Source: Eledone cirrhosa
Taxonomy: Eukaryota
NCBI GenBank assembly: GCA_964016885.1
Contig: OZ024742.1
Location: 129,890,001 to 129,954,000 of the forward strand
Direction: 5' to 3'
Length of the DNA stretch: 64,000 nucleotides
Shown: in pieces, positions 26,331 to 45,655 of the stretch
Layout of the letters: each line of letters starts with the position of its first letter
Position numbering within the stretch: the first letter of the stretch is position 1
Position numbers and translations under genes: made by a program
The notes under the pieces: model-generated
Told to the model about the DNA's origin: nothing
Seen by the model: only the letters and a program-made list of their open reading frames with translations
Database searches by the model: none

Positions 26331-26339
26331 GGGCTCTTG

Positions 26340-26822
26340 TTACTTACTGCACTTACATTCTTTGCTAGCCTGTCTGAGATCCCACTACATCACATGTATA
26401 CCCATAGTTTGCATTTCGGACATTGAATGGAATTTCTACCTACTACTTTTCTGCACACTGAGCAAGGCAATTTCCCCGAGGGAGTCTGGGTCCTGTTTTC
26501 CTTTCTACATACTAGAATTTTGGTCTTTGAGAAGTTAACTTTCAGACCTTTTGATACTAGGCCTTGCTTCTCGGTTTCAAATTTCTTCTCTAATTCTACT
26601 ATAGATTCATCTATAAGGGCTAGATCATCTGCATACAGAAGTTCCCATGGGTAGCCTGTCTTAAACTTCTCTGTTAAAACCTACAGGATGATAATAAACA
26701 GGAGAGGGCAAATAACTGAGCCCTGATGGATACCAACCAGCACACTAAATTCTTTGCTATAGTCATTGTTAATTCTGACCTTGTTGATTGTTCCTTTATA
26801 CATGGCTTGTACTGCCCTCACA
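26340..26822 (-). mobile_element. Diverged fragment of the same PHD-bearing RTE family
   Basis: GIHQGSV, WELLYADD, KTKILVCRKE, PCSVCRKVVGRNSIQCPKCKLWV on the minus strand. Confidence 0.85.
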
Positions 26823-26906
26823 ATATATATATATATATACGCATGCGCGTACACATGTGTATACACACACACACACACACACACACATATAATATATATA
26901 TATATA

Positions 26907-27280
26907 TAGTACCCTTGGCATTTGTAGTCCTGACATTCGCGGCCCCGGTTATTTGCAGAATTTTCCTTGAACCTAACTAATAATTGTTCATGAAAAGCAC
27001 CACATATTCGCAAAATTGTAAATATTTTCCGTGATTTTTTTTAATGCCGTTTTTTTGTGGCAAAATATATTTTTTTAAAAACGCTAAATTATTAATAACA
27101 ATATTGGCTGGGCTATTGGATGTCCCTTCGCATAAGGTGCTCCCTCTTTTTTTTTATATATTTTACGTTATATTTTGACGTTTATAGGCATTTTTATGCA
27201 TCACATCCAATATTCGTGGTTTTTCACTCTTCGTGGATGCTCTAGGAACATAACCCCTGTGAATACTAGGGGACAACTGT
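26907..27280. mobile_element. Tc1/pogo (Tigger-like) MITE
   Basis: Ends tagtacccttggcatt.. and ..gaatactaggggacaactgt, in TA-rich flanks; internal TATTCGC/TATTCGT motifs. Confidence 0.55.
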
Positions 27281-27281
27281 T

Positions 27282-27314
<33 letters not shown>

Positions 27315-27536
27315 TTCGTTTCTGAATTTGTTTAGCAAGATTCTTTATCTGAAATCGTGTGTTGAAACCGATATTGTTATACTTTGGGAGGGTCATGTTG
27401 CCAATAAGAAACACACGCACCAGTTGCTTTCACTTCAATTTATTATATATTTATAAATTTATAAATTTACAAATTTACAAACTTATAAATTTCTGGTTGG
27501 TTGGTTGGTTCCACAACCAGATAGTTGTTTATATAT

Positions 27537-27581
27537 AGTCATAGTCCTTTCGTCACACATTCTGTGACCTCTTCAGTGACT
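27537..27581 (-). ncRNA. Minimal type I hammerhead ribozyme motif
   Basis: AGUCA-CUGAAGA-G-GUCACA-gaaug-UGUGAC-GAAA-GGAC-UA-UGACU: stems I and II are perfect, the core is intact, stem III is minimal. Confidence 0.85.
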
Positions 27582-27811
27582 GGGGATTCCTTTCTTTGTT
27601 TCTGTGCCTTTCCTTTCTTCTATCCTACGCCATTTTGTTTCTGTGTGTGTGTTGTGTGCTCAGTTTGCGCATGCGCCACATCCGGGTGTCTGTGTGTGTT
27701 TGTGTTCATTTATCTATTTGTTTATTTATTTATTTATTTATTGTTGGTTGGTTGTTTGTTCTATGTGTGTGTGTGTTTTCATTTTGTCCTGTGTGTGTTT
27801 TCATTTTGTCC

Positions 27812-28270
27812 TTAATTGTAAGTTGTGATGTTGCTGTTCCACTCATATTTTCTATTTAATTTTGGTTGTAATTCTTTTATGCTTACTGCCTCTGTAATTT
27901 GCCTAAACATTGCGTCTTTTCTGTGTGTGGATTCTATTTTTATTTCTATGTTCTCTAATCTACCCCTGTGTTCTATCTTAGCATGTTGGTAGAGCACAGA
28001 TGATTCTTTATTATCTTGGAGGTCTCGCCAGTGTTCATTTATTCGTTCCCCTATACTACGAGCTGTCTCACCTATGTACACTATATTTTTGTTTCTACAT
28101 TGTCCTTCAGTACATCTTATGCTATACACTACATTTCTAGTTTTACAGTTAATATGGGGGCTTATTTTACAGGTTATACATTTCTTATCTATACATGAGG
28201 GTCTTTGGAACGGGTATGTCTTGCTAATAAGTGTTTTTTTAATAAGTGTTTTTACGGAGGTACCTCCGTA
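27812..28270 (-). pseudogene. Penelope C-terminal Cys-rich linker and GIY-YIG endonuclease (RT missing)
   Basis: Open frame YGGTSVKTL..CIDKKCITC..NCKTRNVVYSIRC..C..VYIGETARSIGERINEH..LYQH..EH..RQITEA..PKLNRKYEW. Confidence 0.9.
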
Positions 28271-28277
28271 AATATAT

Positions 28278-28322
28278 TGTCAAAGTTCTTTCGTCACACA
28301 TTCTGTGACCTCTTGAGTGACT
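28278..28322 (-). ncRNA. Hammerhead motif with mutated core (probably inactive)
   Basis: AGUCA-CUCAAGA-G-GUCACA-gaaug-UGUGAC-GAAA-GAAC-UU-UGACA. G5 is changed to C. Confidence 0.7.
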
Positions 28323-28413
28323 GGAGATTCTTCTCTTTGTTTTGTGCCTCTCCTTTGTTCTGTCCTACACAAAAACAGGATGGCGTAGGACAGAACAAAG
28401 GAGAGGCACAAAA

Positions 28414-28613
28414 NNNNNNNNNNNNNNNNNNNNNNNNNNNNNNNNNNNNNNNNNNNNNNNNNNNNNNNNNNNNNNNNNNNNNNNNNNNNNNNNNNNNNNN
28501 NNNNNNNNNNNNNNNNNNNNNNNNNNNNNNNNNNNNNNNNNNNNNNNNNNNNNNNNNNNNNNNNNNNNNNNNNNNNNNNNNNNNNNNNNNNNNNNNNNNN
28601 NNNNNNNNNNNNN
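28414..28613. other. Assembly gap (200 N)
   Basis: Run of n. Confidence 1.
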
Positions 28614-30514
<1,901 letters not shown>

Positions 30515-30600
30515 AACTTTGAATAACTTTGAAATGTTTTGGCCAGTATTGGCCCAGGCCATGTCTAACTTAATAGCACCACCTGGCGAAGTCTTTCAAT

Positions 30601-33600
30601 TCAGGATTTGGGCACCATGGCCCATTCGAGAAGAGAATTACTGTTTGCGGAGACATATCCGGGTGTGGGTGGTTTGTCCGGGATTACTTGAGGAATTTGT
30701 CCAAAGACTTCTTGAATTTTGTGTGGTCAGTTTCTGTTTTGACGTGTCCTGGTGTGATGTTGAAGAGAGCAGGGCCGATTGAGGTGAAATAATTGTGCCG
30801 TATTGTTGTTATGAGTTGCGATTTAGATTTTTGAATGGGACGGATAGCACGGGGCCCAAGCCTTGGGTGTATCTTGAAGGCGATGCCAACATCATTTGGG
30901 CAGTGATGATGGAACATTTTCCACATCATGCAGATAATATAACGCTCACGGCGACGTTGGAGTGAGTAAAGTTTCAGGTTTTCCAATCGACCCCAGTAGT
31001 CAAGGTCTGACATGCCATCTATCTTTTTCGTGATTGCCCTTTGAGGAGCTTCAAGTTTCATGATACTTTGTTTCGTGTGGGGAGACCACAGTGGACAACA
31101 GTATTCAAGGTGTGGTCGGGCGAAAGTAGAGAAGAGAAGGATAATGGTGCGGGAATCTCTCGACTGGAAGGTTCTGAGGATCCAGGAACACATTCTGCGG
31201 GCCATGTCAACTTTGCTGCTTATATGCGTGGTCCAGCTTATGTTGCTGTCCACGGTTACTCCCAAGTCTCTGATGTTGTTAGATGCCACGAGAGTTTCCC
31301 CGGAGGGAAGGGAGTATGGGAGTTTCAGAGCATCCTCTTTTCCAAAGTGGATCAGTTCGAATTTATCTTCGTTCAGTAACATGTTGTTCTTTTCTGCCCA
31401 TTGGGTAACAGCCAGTAGGTCTGACTGAAGGCTTATCCGGTCATCCACGCCATTGATGACCTTTTGGAGCTTGGAATCATCAGCGAAAATTTTAATGTTG
31501 CTGTGTTTGATGATGTCAGTGATGTCATTAATATAGATGATGAAGAGAAGTGGGCCCAACACAGTGCCTTGTGGGACTCCACTACTGACTTTGGCTGGGC
31601 TTGATTTGACTCCCTCAACTACAACATGTTGGGTTCTGTTTGACAGGAAGCTCTTGATCCACTGCAGCAGCTTTCCAGTGACACCAATATTGGACAGCTT
31701 TCTCAGTAGAATGTTATGATCAACCCTGTCAAAGGCCTTGCTGAAATCAAGGTAGATAACATCAGTGTTGGAACCCTCTCCCAAGGCTCTCAAAATGTCA
31801 TCAAAGTGATGCAGTAGTTGCGTCAGGCAATCCCTTCCATTACGGAATCCATGCTGGTTGGAGTTCAGCATATTGTTACTCTCAAGGAAGTGGGTCATTC
31901 GCGATCTCACCACTCGCTCAAATACCTTAATGATATGAGAGGTGAGTGAGATTGGACGGTAATTCACGGCAAGGGATTTGTTTCCCTTTTTGAAAACTGG
32001 GACAACAGACTGGGATAGAAGGTTTTCTGGCACATATCCAGCATCCAGTGAGTTCCGCCACAGATTGGCAAGAGGAGAAGCAAGTTGGTGTTGACACGCC
32101 TTCAAGACACAAGCAGGGAACCTATCGGGACCTACTGCTGAATTATGCTTGATTTCCTTTATTGCCGCCAAGACATCAGGGGCGCCAAACGTTATGTCCG
32201 ATAAGGTGTAATGGGGAGTAACATCGCCGATACAGCCCAGATCGGCCATATCAGGATTGCTGAAAACAGAGCAGTATTGTTTCTGCAGTATCTCACCCAT
32301 GGTTTTAGCATTGTCTTGAAGAGTGCCATTTTCATCAATTAGAGGGCCAACAGTAGAGCCAGTGATTTTGTGTTTTTTTGCAAATGAAAAGAACACTTTG
32401 GGATTGAGTTTGATCTTCTCAATGGCCCAGGCCTCTTCAGCTCTTCTCTGATTGTTGATGAGGGACATTATGTTGTTTTGGAGGTTATGTTTTTTAATCT
32501 CTAGTGATGAAATGGCAGTCAAGTTGATGTGTTGCTGCTGACAGTATTTCAGCTTGTTGATTTTTTTGTTCGTTCTCTTAATTTTTCTGATGAGTGTTTT
32601 TCTATTTCTAGGGATTCTGCTCTTAGATTTGTTTATAGTTCTTAATGGGGTGTGTTTAGCACATATGTTTGTAACAGTGTCCACAAATGTCTGCCAGGAC
32701 TTTTTGATGTTAGTGGGTGTATGAGTGTGCGTGAAGGACCAGTCGACATGTGCAAGATCATGACTGATCGCTTCCCAGTTTGCATTGTGGAAATCCATAG
32801 CGTCAAACGGATGGACAGGAGAAATGACATTGGGTTTGTATATTGGACGGTGGAAACTCAGATCACAGAGAACCATGTCATGATCAGAGAGTAGAGTTTT
32901 CTCCACTGCAATATTGTGGATATTGTCAGTGTGATTGCTGAAAATTAAGTCTAGGACGTTTTTGTGGCACCTCGTTGGTTCGAGCACTAGTTGGGATAGG
33001 AAGAAATCATCCATGAAGTCAAGAAGCGATTCCACAGCTTCCCTGTCAGAGGTTGAGGCAGAAGAACCTGGTGGCAGGGTGTTTGTGGACCAGTCAACTC
33101 CGGGGAGGTTGAAGTCCCCCATCATCAAGATGTTGTCAGGGTGACACTCTTGGATGAAACACTTTATGCTGTTGAGGCATTCCTTGAAGCATGGTACAGG
33201 CGTTTGGGGTGGCCTATAGAGCCCAACTACTAATAGGTTGTTGGTTTGACTGAATACAGTGACTGCCTCACAGTATCCATTAGTGAATATGTTCATAGCC
33301 TCTGTTGAGAAAGAATTATGGACATAAATGGCAGTTCCGCCCTTTCTTCTGCCAGCGCGATCAGCACGGATGGCTTTGAAATTTTTCACTTTCACCTCGG
33401 CTTCCAAGTGGAGGTTACTGAGATGGGTTTCAGTGAGGACGAAGAAAGGGATGTGGTTTGGATGGACATCAATCCAGTCCTCCAGGAATTTGATCTTCCA
33501 TTTTTGAGTATTGGTGGAAGGGCTGATGCCTTGGGCGTTAAGCAAAAATGTAGAGGCGAGAGTGGATGGTTTTAATTGTTTTGGTGTGTTGTTAATTTGT

Positions 33601-33737
33601 TTGTTTGTTAATGGCAGCAATGGGAGTTTGTGCAGTGGGGTGATAGTGGAGGGTGGTGCTGGGTGATAGCTCGAATGTTTTTTTCCAGTTCTTTTGCCAG
33701 ATTCATTATGGCTAAAAAAGAGGAAGAAGTTTCCTGT
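30601..33737 (-). CDS. LINE ORF2 (APE endonuclease plus RT); open for about 1,000 codons, with one frameshift near 30688 that removes the last ~28 aa
   Basis: [66 protein letters not shown]. The tail [22 protein letters not shown] continues in a shifted frame to TGA at 30603-30601. Confidence 0.88.
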
Positions 33738-33769
33738 TTAGAAGACTGTTGGTGACTGTGGTAGTGGTT
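33608..33769 (-). CDS. Putative C-terminal 53 codons of LINE ORF1
   Basis: Open from the truncation point: [56 protein letters not shown]1 identity is inferred from position only. Confidence 0.5.
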   Translation of the reverse strand, partial: NHYHSHQQSSKQETSSSFLAIMNLAKELEKNIRAITQHHPPLSPHCTNSHCCH

Positions 33770-33865
33770 ATATATATATATGTATATATATATATATGTG
33801 TATATATATATATATGTGTATATATATGTATATATATATGTATATATATATGTATATATATATGT

Positions 33866-34178
<313 letters not shown>

Positions 34179-34193
34179 TATGTATATGTATAT

Positions 34194-34448
<255 letters not shown>

Positions 34449-34492
34449 GTATATATATATATATATATATGTATATGTATATGTTTATATAT

Positions 34493-34585
<93 letters not shown>

Positions 34586-34601
34586 GTATATGTTTATATA
34601 T

Positions 34602-34655
<54 letters not shown>

Positions 34656-34674
34656 ATGTATATATATATATATG

Positions 34675-34741
<67 letters not shown>

Positions 34742-34742
34742 G

Positions 34743-34773
<31 letters not shown>

Positions 34774-34812
34774 GTATATATGTATATGTATATGTATATA
34801 TATATATATATG

Positions 34813-34882
<70 letters not shown>

Positions 34883-34905
34883 TCGTATATATATGTATAT
34901 ATATG

Positions 34906-35242
34906 TCTATCCTACGCCATTTTGTTTGACAAACAAAATGGCGTAGGATAGAAGAAAAGAAAGGCACAGAAACGAAGAAAGAAATCCCCAGTCACTGAAG
35001 AGGTCACAGAGTGTGTGACGAAAGAACTATGACTATATATATATAAACAACTATCTGGTTGTGGGACCAACCAACCAACCAGAAATTTATAAATTTATAA
35101 ATATATAATAAATTAAATTGAAGTGAAAGCAGCTGGTGCGTGTGTTTCTTATTGGCAACATGACCCTCCCAAAGTATAACAATATCGGTTTCAACACACG
35201 ATTACAGATAAAGAATCTTGCTAAACAAATTCAGAAACGAAA

Positions 35243-35243
<1 letters not shown>
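34906..35243 (+). mobile_element. Solo Penelope pLTR (338 bp) with 5' fold-back palindrome
   Basis: Inverted homologue of 27313-27640; 23-bp perfect arms at 34906-34952. Confidence 0.88.
34990..35034 (+). ncRNA. Minimal type I hammerhead ribozyme motif
   Basis: AGUCA-CUGAAGA-G-GUCACA-gagug-UGUGAC-GAAA-GAAC-UA-UGACU. Predicted cleavage after A35029. Confidence 0.85.
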
Positions 35244-35305
<62 letters not shown>

Positions 35306-35408
35306 ATATATATATGTATATATATATATGTATATATATATATGTATATATATATACATATATATATATATGTATATATATATATGTATATATATGTATA
35401 TATATATG

Positions 35409-35441
<33 letters not shown>

Positions 35442-35732
35442 GTATATATATATGTATATATATATGTATATATATATATATGTATATATATATATGTATA
35501 TATATATGTATATATATATGTATATATATATATGTGTATATATATATGTATATATATATATGTATATATATATATATGTATATATATATGTATATATATA
35601 TATGTATATATATATGTGTATATATATATGTATATATATGTATATATATGTATATATATGTATATATATATATGTATATATATGTATATATATATATGTA
35701 TATATATGTATATATATATATGTATATATATG

Positions 35733-35795
<63 letters not shown>

Positions 35796-35906
35796 GTATA
35801 TATATATGTATATATATGTATGTATATGTATATATATGTATATGTATGTATATATATATGTATATATATATATATGTATATATATATATGTATATGTATA
35901 TATATG

Positions 35907-35969
<63 letters not shown>

Positions 35970-35971
35970 GT

Positions 35972-36021
<50 letters not shown>

Positions 36022-36055
36022 GTATATATATGTATATGTATATATATATATATGT

Positions 36056-36103
<48 letters not shown>

Positions 36104-36119
36104 GTGTATATATATATGT

Positions 36120-36169
<50 letters not shown>

Positions 36170-36171
36170 GT

Positions 36172-36283
<112 letters not shown>

Positions 36284-36317
36284 GTATATATATATGTATA
36301 TATATATGTATATGTAT

Positions 36318-36401
<84 letters not shown>

Positions 36402-36405
36402 GTAT

Positions 36406-36471
<66 letters not shown>

Positions 36472-36475
36472 GTAT

Positions 36476-36677
<202 letters not shown>

Positions 36678-36678
36678 G

Positions 36679-36727
<49 letters not shown>

Positions 36728-36728
36728 G

Positions 36729-36975
<247 letters not shown>

Positions 36976-37010
36976 GTGTATATATATGTATATATATATA
37001 TATACATATG

Positions 37011-37047
<37 letters not shown>

Positions 37048-37142
37048 GTGTATATATATGTATATATATATGTATATATATGTATATATATATGTATATA
37101 TATATGTATATATATATGTATATATATATGTATATATATATG

Positions 37143-37411
<269 letters not shown>

Positions 37412-37422
37412 GTATATATATG

Positions 37423-37505
<83 letters not shown>

Positions 37506-37506
37506 G

Positions 37507-37607
<101 letters not shown>

Positions 37608-37636
37608 GTATATATATATATGTATATATATATATG

Positions 37637-37751
<115 letters not shown>

Positions 37752-37811
37752 TATATATATATGTATATATATATGTATATATATATGTATATATATATGT
37801 ATATATATATG

Positions 37812-37842
<31 letters not shown>

Positions 37843-37953
37843 GTATGTATATATATATGTATATATATATATATGTATATATATATGTATATATATATAT
37901 GTATATATATATGTATATATATATGTATATATATATGTATATATATATATATG

Positions 37954-37984
<31 letters not shown>

Positions 37985-37997
37985 GTATATATATATG

Positions 37998-38028
<31 letters not shown>

Positions 38029-38041
38029 GTATATATATATG

Positions 38042-38072
<31 letters not shown>

Positions 38073-38085
38073 GTATATATATATG

Positions 38086-38132
<47 letters not shown>

Positions 38133-38156
38133 GTATATATATATGTATATATATTA

Positions 38157-38225
<69 letters not shown>

Positions 38226-38226
38226 G

Positions 38227-38331
<105 letters not shown>

Positions 38332-38440
38332 GTATATATATATGTATATATATATGTATATATATATATATGTATATATGTATAGATATATATATGTATA
38401 TATATGTATATATGTATAGATATATATATGTATAGATATG

Positions 38441-38474
<34 letters not shown>

Positions 38475-38558
38475 TATGTATAGATATATATATGTATATA
38501 TATATATATATATATGTATAGATATATATATGTATATATATATATATGTATAGATATA

Positions 38559-38637
<79 letters not shown>

Positions 38638-38644
38638 GTATATG

Positions 38645-38691
<47 letters not shown>

Positions 38692-38850
38692 GTATATATA
38701 TATGTATATGTATATATATGTATATGTATATGTGTATATATATGTATATATATATGTATATATATATATGTATATATATATGTATATATATATGTATATA
38801 TATATGTATATATATATGTATATATATATGTATATATATATATGTATATA

Positions 38851-38899
<49 letters not shown>

Positions 38900-38964
38900 G
38901 TATATATATATGTATATATATATATATGTATATATATGTATATATGTATATATGTATATATATG

Positions 38965-39123
<159 letters not shown>

Positions 39124-39316
39124 GTATATATATATGTATATATATGTATATATATATGTATATATATGTATATATATATGTATATACATATGTATATATG
39201 TATATATATATGTATATATGTATATATATATGTATATGTATATGTATATATATATGTATATATATATGTATATATGTATATATGTATATATATATGTATA
39301 TATATATGTATATATG

Positions 39317-39513
<197 letters not shown>

Positions 39514-39580
39514 GTGTATATATATATATATGTGTATATATATGTATATATATATGTATATATATATGTATATATATATG

Positions 39581-39773
<193 letters not shown>

Positions 39774-39788
39774 GTATATATATATATG

Positions 39789-39917
<129 letters not shown>

Positions 39918-39943
39918 GTATATATATATATGTATATGTATAT

Positions 39944-39977
<34 letters not shown>

Positions 39978-40016
39978 ATGTATATGTATATGTATATGTA
40001 TATATATATGTATATG

Positions 40017-40063
<47 letters not shown>

Positions 40064-40070
40064 GTATATG

Positions 40071-40119
<49 letters not shown>

Positions 40120-40290
40120 GTATATATATATGTATATGTATATATATGTATATGTATATGTGTATATATATGTATATATATATGTATATATATATATGTA
40201 TATATATATGTATATATATATGTATATATATATGTATATATATATGTATATATATATGTATATATATATGTATATATATATATGTATATA

Positions 40291-40353
<63 letters not shown>

Positions 40354-40406
40354 GTATATATATATATATGTATATATATGTATATATGTATATATGTATA
40401 TATATG

Positions 40407-40489
<83 letters not shown>

Positions 40490-40490
40490 G

Positions 40491-40557
<67 letters not shown>

Positions 40558-40738
40558 GTATATATATGTATATATATATGTATATATATGTATATATATA
40601 TGTATATACATATGTATATATGTATATATATATGTATATATGTATATATATATGTATATGTATATGTATATATATATGTATATATATATGTATATATGTA
40701 TATATGTATATATATATGTATATATATATGTATATATG

Positions 40739-40935
<197 letters not shown>

Positions 40936-41002
40936 GTGTATATATATATATATGTGTATATATATGTATATATATATGTATATATATATGTATATATATA
41001 TG

Positions 41003-41209
<207 letters not shown>

Positions 41210-41224
41210 GTATATATATATATG

Positions 41225-41347
<123 letters not shown>

Positions 41348-41434
41348 GTATATGTATATATATATATGTATATGTATATATATATATGTATATGTATATA
41401 TATGTATATGTATATGTATATATATATGTATATG

Positions 41435-41659
<225 letters not shown>

Positions 41660-41705
41660 GTATATATATATATGTATATATATATATGTATATATATATA
41701 TGTAT

Positions 41706-41740
<35 letters not shown>

Positions 41741-41779
41741 GTATATATATATGTATATATATATATGTATATATATATG

Positions 41780-41838
<59 letters not shown>

Positions 41839-41921
41839 GTATATATATATGTATATATATATATGTATATATATATATGTATATATATATATGTATATAT
41901 ATATATGTATATATATATATG

Positions 41922-42210
<289 letters not shown>

Positions 42211-42211
42211 G

Positions 42212-42377
<166 letters not shown>

Positions 42378-42386
42378 ATGTATATG

Positions 42387-42466
<80 letters not shown>

Positions 42467-42616
42467 ATGTATATGTATATATATATATATATGTATATAT
42501 ATATGTATATATGTATATATATATGTATATATGTATATATGTATATGTATATATGTATATATGTATATGTATATGTATATATATATATGTATATCGTATA
42601 TATATGTATATATATG

Positions 42617-42954
42617 TCTATCCTACGCCATTTTGTTTGACAAACAAAATGGCGTAGGATAGAAGAAAGGAAAGGCACAGAAACGAAGAAAGAAATCCCC
42701 AGTCACTGAAGAGGTCACAGAGTGTGTGACGAAAGAACTATGACTATATATATATAAACAACTATCTGGTTGTGGGACCAAGCAACCAACCAGAAATTTA
42801 TAAATTTATAAATATATAATAAATTAAATTGAAGTGAAAGCAACTGGTGCGTATGTTTCTTATTGGCAACATGACCCTCCCAAAGTATAACAATATCGGT
42901 TTCAACACACGATTTCAGATAAAGAATCTTGCTAAACAAATTCAGAAACGAAAT
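42617..42954 (+). mobile_element. Second solo Penelope pLTR (338 bp)
   Basis: About 5 substitutions relative to 34906-35243, with the same palindrome and the same 5' junction. Confidence 0.88.
42701..42745 (+). ncRNA. Minimal type I hammerhead ribozyme motif
   Basis: Identical to 34990-35034. Predicted cleavage after A42740. Confidence 0.85.
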
Positions 42955-42957
42955 GTA

Positions 42958-43046
<89 letters not shown>

Positions 43047-43057
43047 GTATATGTATA

Positions 43058-43371
<314 letters not shown>

Positions 43372-43399
43372 TATATGTAGGTTTCGCTTTGTACTTAGG

Positions 43400-44002
43400 C
43401 AAGTTGGTACCAGTAATGTACTGGGATAATTGCTGGCCTTGTGCCAAAAGTAGAAACAATTATTATTATTGGCAATATCAGAAGAGTGTTGGACAACATG
43501 CTGTATGGCATAGGGTTACGGCCCTTTACATTCTGAGTTCAAATCCTGCTGAGGTTAGCTTTGCTTTTCATCCTTATGGGGTCGATAAAATAAAGTACCA
43601 GTAATGCACTAGGGTAATTGCTGGCCTTGTGCCAAAAGTAAAAACGATTATTATTATCCTACCCTTTACATTCTCAGTTCAAATCCTGTCAGGATTAGCT
43701 TTGCCTTTCAAACTTATAGGGTTGTTAAAATACTACCAGTAATACACTGGGTTGATTTATTCGATATTACCCTCCTATAAAATTGGTGGCCTTCTGCCTA
43801 ACTCAGAAACCATGGATTGGCAGTATCGGTAGAGGGTCAGACGCTACTCTTTGCAACAAAGAGTTACGGTCCTTTACGGTCTGAGTTCAAATCCCGCCGA
43901 GGTTAACTTTGCCTTTCATCCTTATGGGGTCGATAAAATAAAGTACCAGTAATACACTGGGTTAATTGCTGGCCTTGTGCCAAAAGTAGAAACAATTATT
44001 AT
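43400..44002 (+). mobile_element. Tandem cluster of about 4 Meta-domain-type SINE copies or fragments
   Basis: Repeated gagttcaaatcc..gcctttcatccttatggggtcgataaaataaagtaccag..tgtgccaaaagtagaaacaattatt. Confidence 0.82.
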
Positions 44003-44389
44003 TAGTTGTAGTAGTAGTAGGAGGAGGAGTAGCAGCAGCACCAATAGTAGTAGTGATGGTAGTAGTAGTAGTGGTGATGGTGGTGGTGGTAGTGGTGGCG
44101 GCAATGGTGGTGGTTTTGATGGTGGTGGTAGTAGTCGTAGTAATAGTATAGTAGTAGTAGTAGTAGCAGCAGCAGAGCAGTAGCAGAAACAACAGCAGGG
44201 GCAGTAGTAGCAGTTATAGTAGTAGTAACAACCAATAATATATGGAAATACCAAAGTTAGAATCACATTTATGTTTTTTGGTAGTTCTTTTAATTTCTGT
44301 TGCCGGGTTTTTGTTTTATTTTATTTTATTTATTGCTCTTTATTTATTTATTTTGTATTGATATATGAAGTTATAAATATGAACATGTG

Positions 44390-44622
44390 ACAAGGGGAGG
44401 GACAACAGGATGCCAAAGTGGGTCGAAACAACGAAGTGGCTGAGAGCACTGTGCACATAGTCATTCATGATTATCTGAACATGCGCAAAGTTTGTTCCCA
44501 GGGTACTCAATAAAGATTGAAGGCAGAGGCGCCTTGATGACCAAAGGGAGATAGTTGAGTGGATCACTTTGAATCCAAGTGTCCTTGAGTCTCTGGAAAC
44601 CTGTGATGAGAGCTAGGTCACC
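44390..44622 (+). pseudogene. Mariner transposase relic
   Basis: EVAESTVHIVIHDYLNMRKVCS ... LETCDES*, matching the mariner STV..I.H..L.MRKVCARWVP and TGDE.W motifs. Confidence 0.72.
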
Positions 44623-44914
44623 CTGTAATGTGGTCATTTTGGTTCCACGATAAAAAGCACCCAGTCCACACTGTAATGTGGTTCATGTTAGGAAGGGCAT
44701 CCAGCCATAGAAACCAAGCCAAAATACAGATTCACATTAGCATAATGTGGTCTCCAGACCTGACTTGTTTCATAAAGTGACAACCCATCTAACTCATGCA
44801 AGCATGGAAAATGGATGTTCAATAATGATGATTATATATATAATACAATATGTATATAATATATATCTGTGTGTGTGTGTGTGTACATATATTTATATAA
44901 ATACACACACACAC

Positions 44915-44952
<38 letters not shown>

Positions 44953-44957
<5 letters not shown>

Positions 44958-45137
44958 AGTAAGTAAGACCCCGACGGCTGAGCTCAAGCCGTTTCGACGG
45001 CTAATTCTGAATTAGCCGTCGAAACGGCTTGAGCTCAGCCGTCGGGGTCTTACTTACTCCTATTACCCACTCTACTACCCTAAGTATTGAGTACTTTGGT
45101 GCGTTATGGTCCACCTGGTTCCTTACTTTTCCCTCGC
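44953..45137 (-). mobile_element. Short (TA)n-embedded hairpin element, copy 2, with a 111-bp perfect palindrome
   Basis: 55-bp perfect arms (44953-45007/45009-45063) and a 1-nt loop; body homologous to 12100-12180. Confidence 0.8.
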
Positions 45138-45169
<32 letters not shown>

Positions 45170-45179
45170 TATATATATA

Positions 45180-45210
<31 letters not shown>

Positions 45211-45224
45211 GTAAATATATATAT

Positions 45225-45255
<31 letters not shown>

Positions 45256-45553
45256 CACACACACTCTGGATAAAATGGTTGCTGGAAAAATATTAACATC
45301 TAAAAAAATTTCTTTTTTCAGAAGATATGAATATAAAGAAAATGAATAAAACAAATAAAAATGGTAACAGCTTAGAATTAAATGTGGGTATAATTCAGCA
45401 GAATCAAAGAAATATGTTTTTCTTACCATGACCAAAAAGAAAAACAAGTGACGTGTGCAGGCAATATTCTTCATTTCCAAAGGAAAAAATATATATATAA
45501 AAATAACAATAAACATAAAAGTGAAATAAATAAGATGAATCATCAAAACTTAC

Positions 45554-45655
45554 TCTTATAGAAGCTCGTACGTAAAGTTTCTCTTCTTCGATTTTTCGTC
45601 TCAGTATTTCCTTTTGGATACGGTCTTCGACAACAATTTCTTCGTATTCCTTATA
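45554..45655 (-). CDS. IQCG: Penultimate coding exon of IQCG/DRC9 (102 bp)
   Basis: ttatttgttccAG|YKEYEEIVVEDRIQKEILRRKIEEEKLYVRASIR|GTaagt. Resembles recalled human IREYEQVIIEDRIEKERSKKK. Phase 0/0. Confidence 0.93.

Larger units (their letters stand above)
27313..28413 (-). mobile_element. 5'-truncated Penelope-like element: GIY-YIG endonuclease, 3' pseudo-LTR, and a second partial pLTR with an inverted segment running into the gap
   Basis: GIY-YIG ORF; pLTR at 27640-27313 ending in (TA)n; related pLTR piece at 28273-28413; hammerhead motifs in both. Confidence 0.9.
30515..33769 (-). mobile_element. CR1/L2-group (Crack/Daphne-like) LINE, 5'-truncated in the putative ORF1, inserted in (TA)n
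   Basis: APE plus RT ORF2; 3' end TTCAAAGTTA repeated twice; TA arrays on both sides. Confidence 0.92.
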
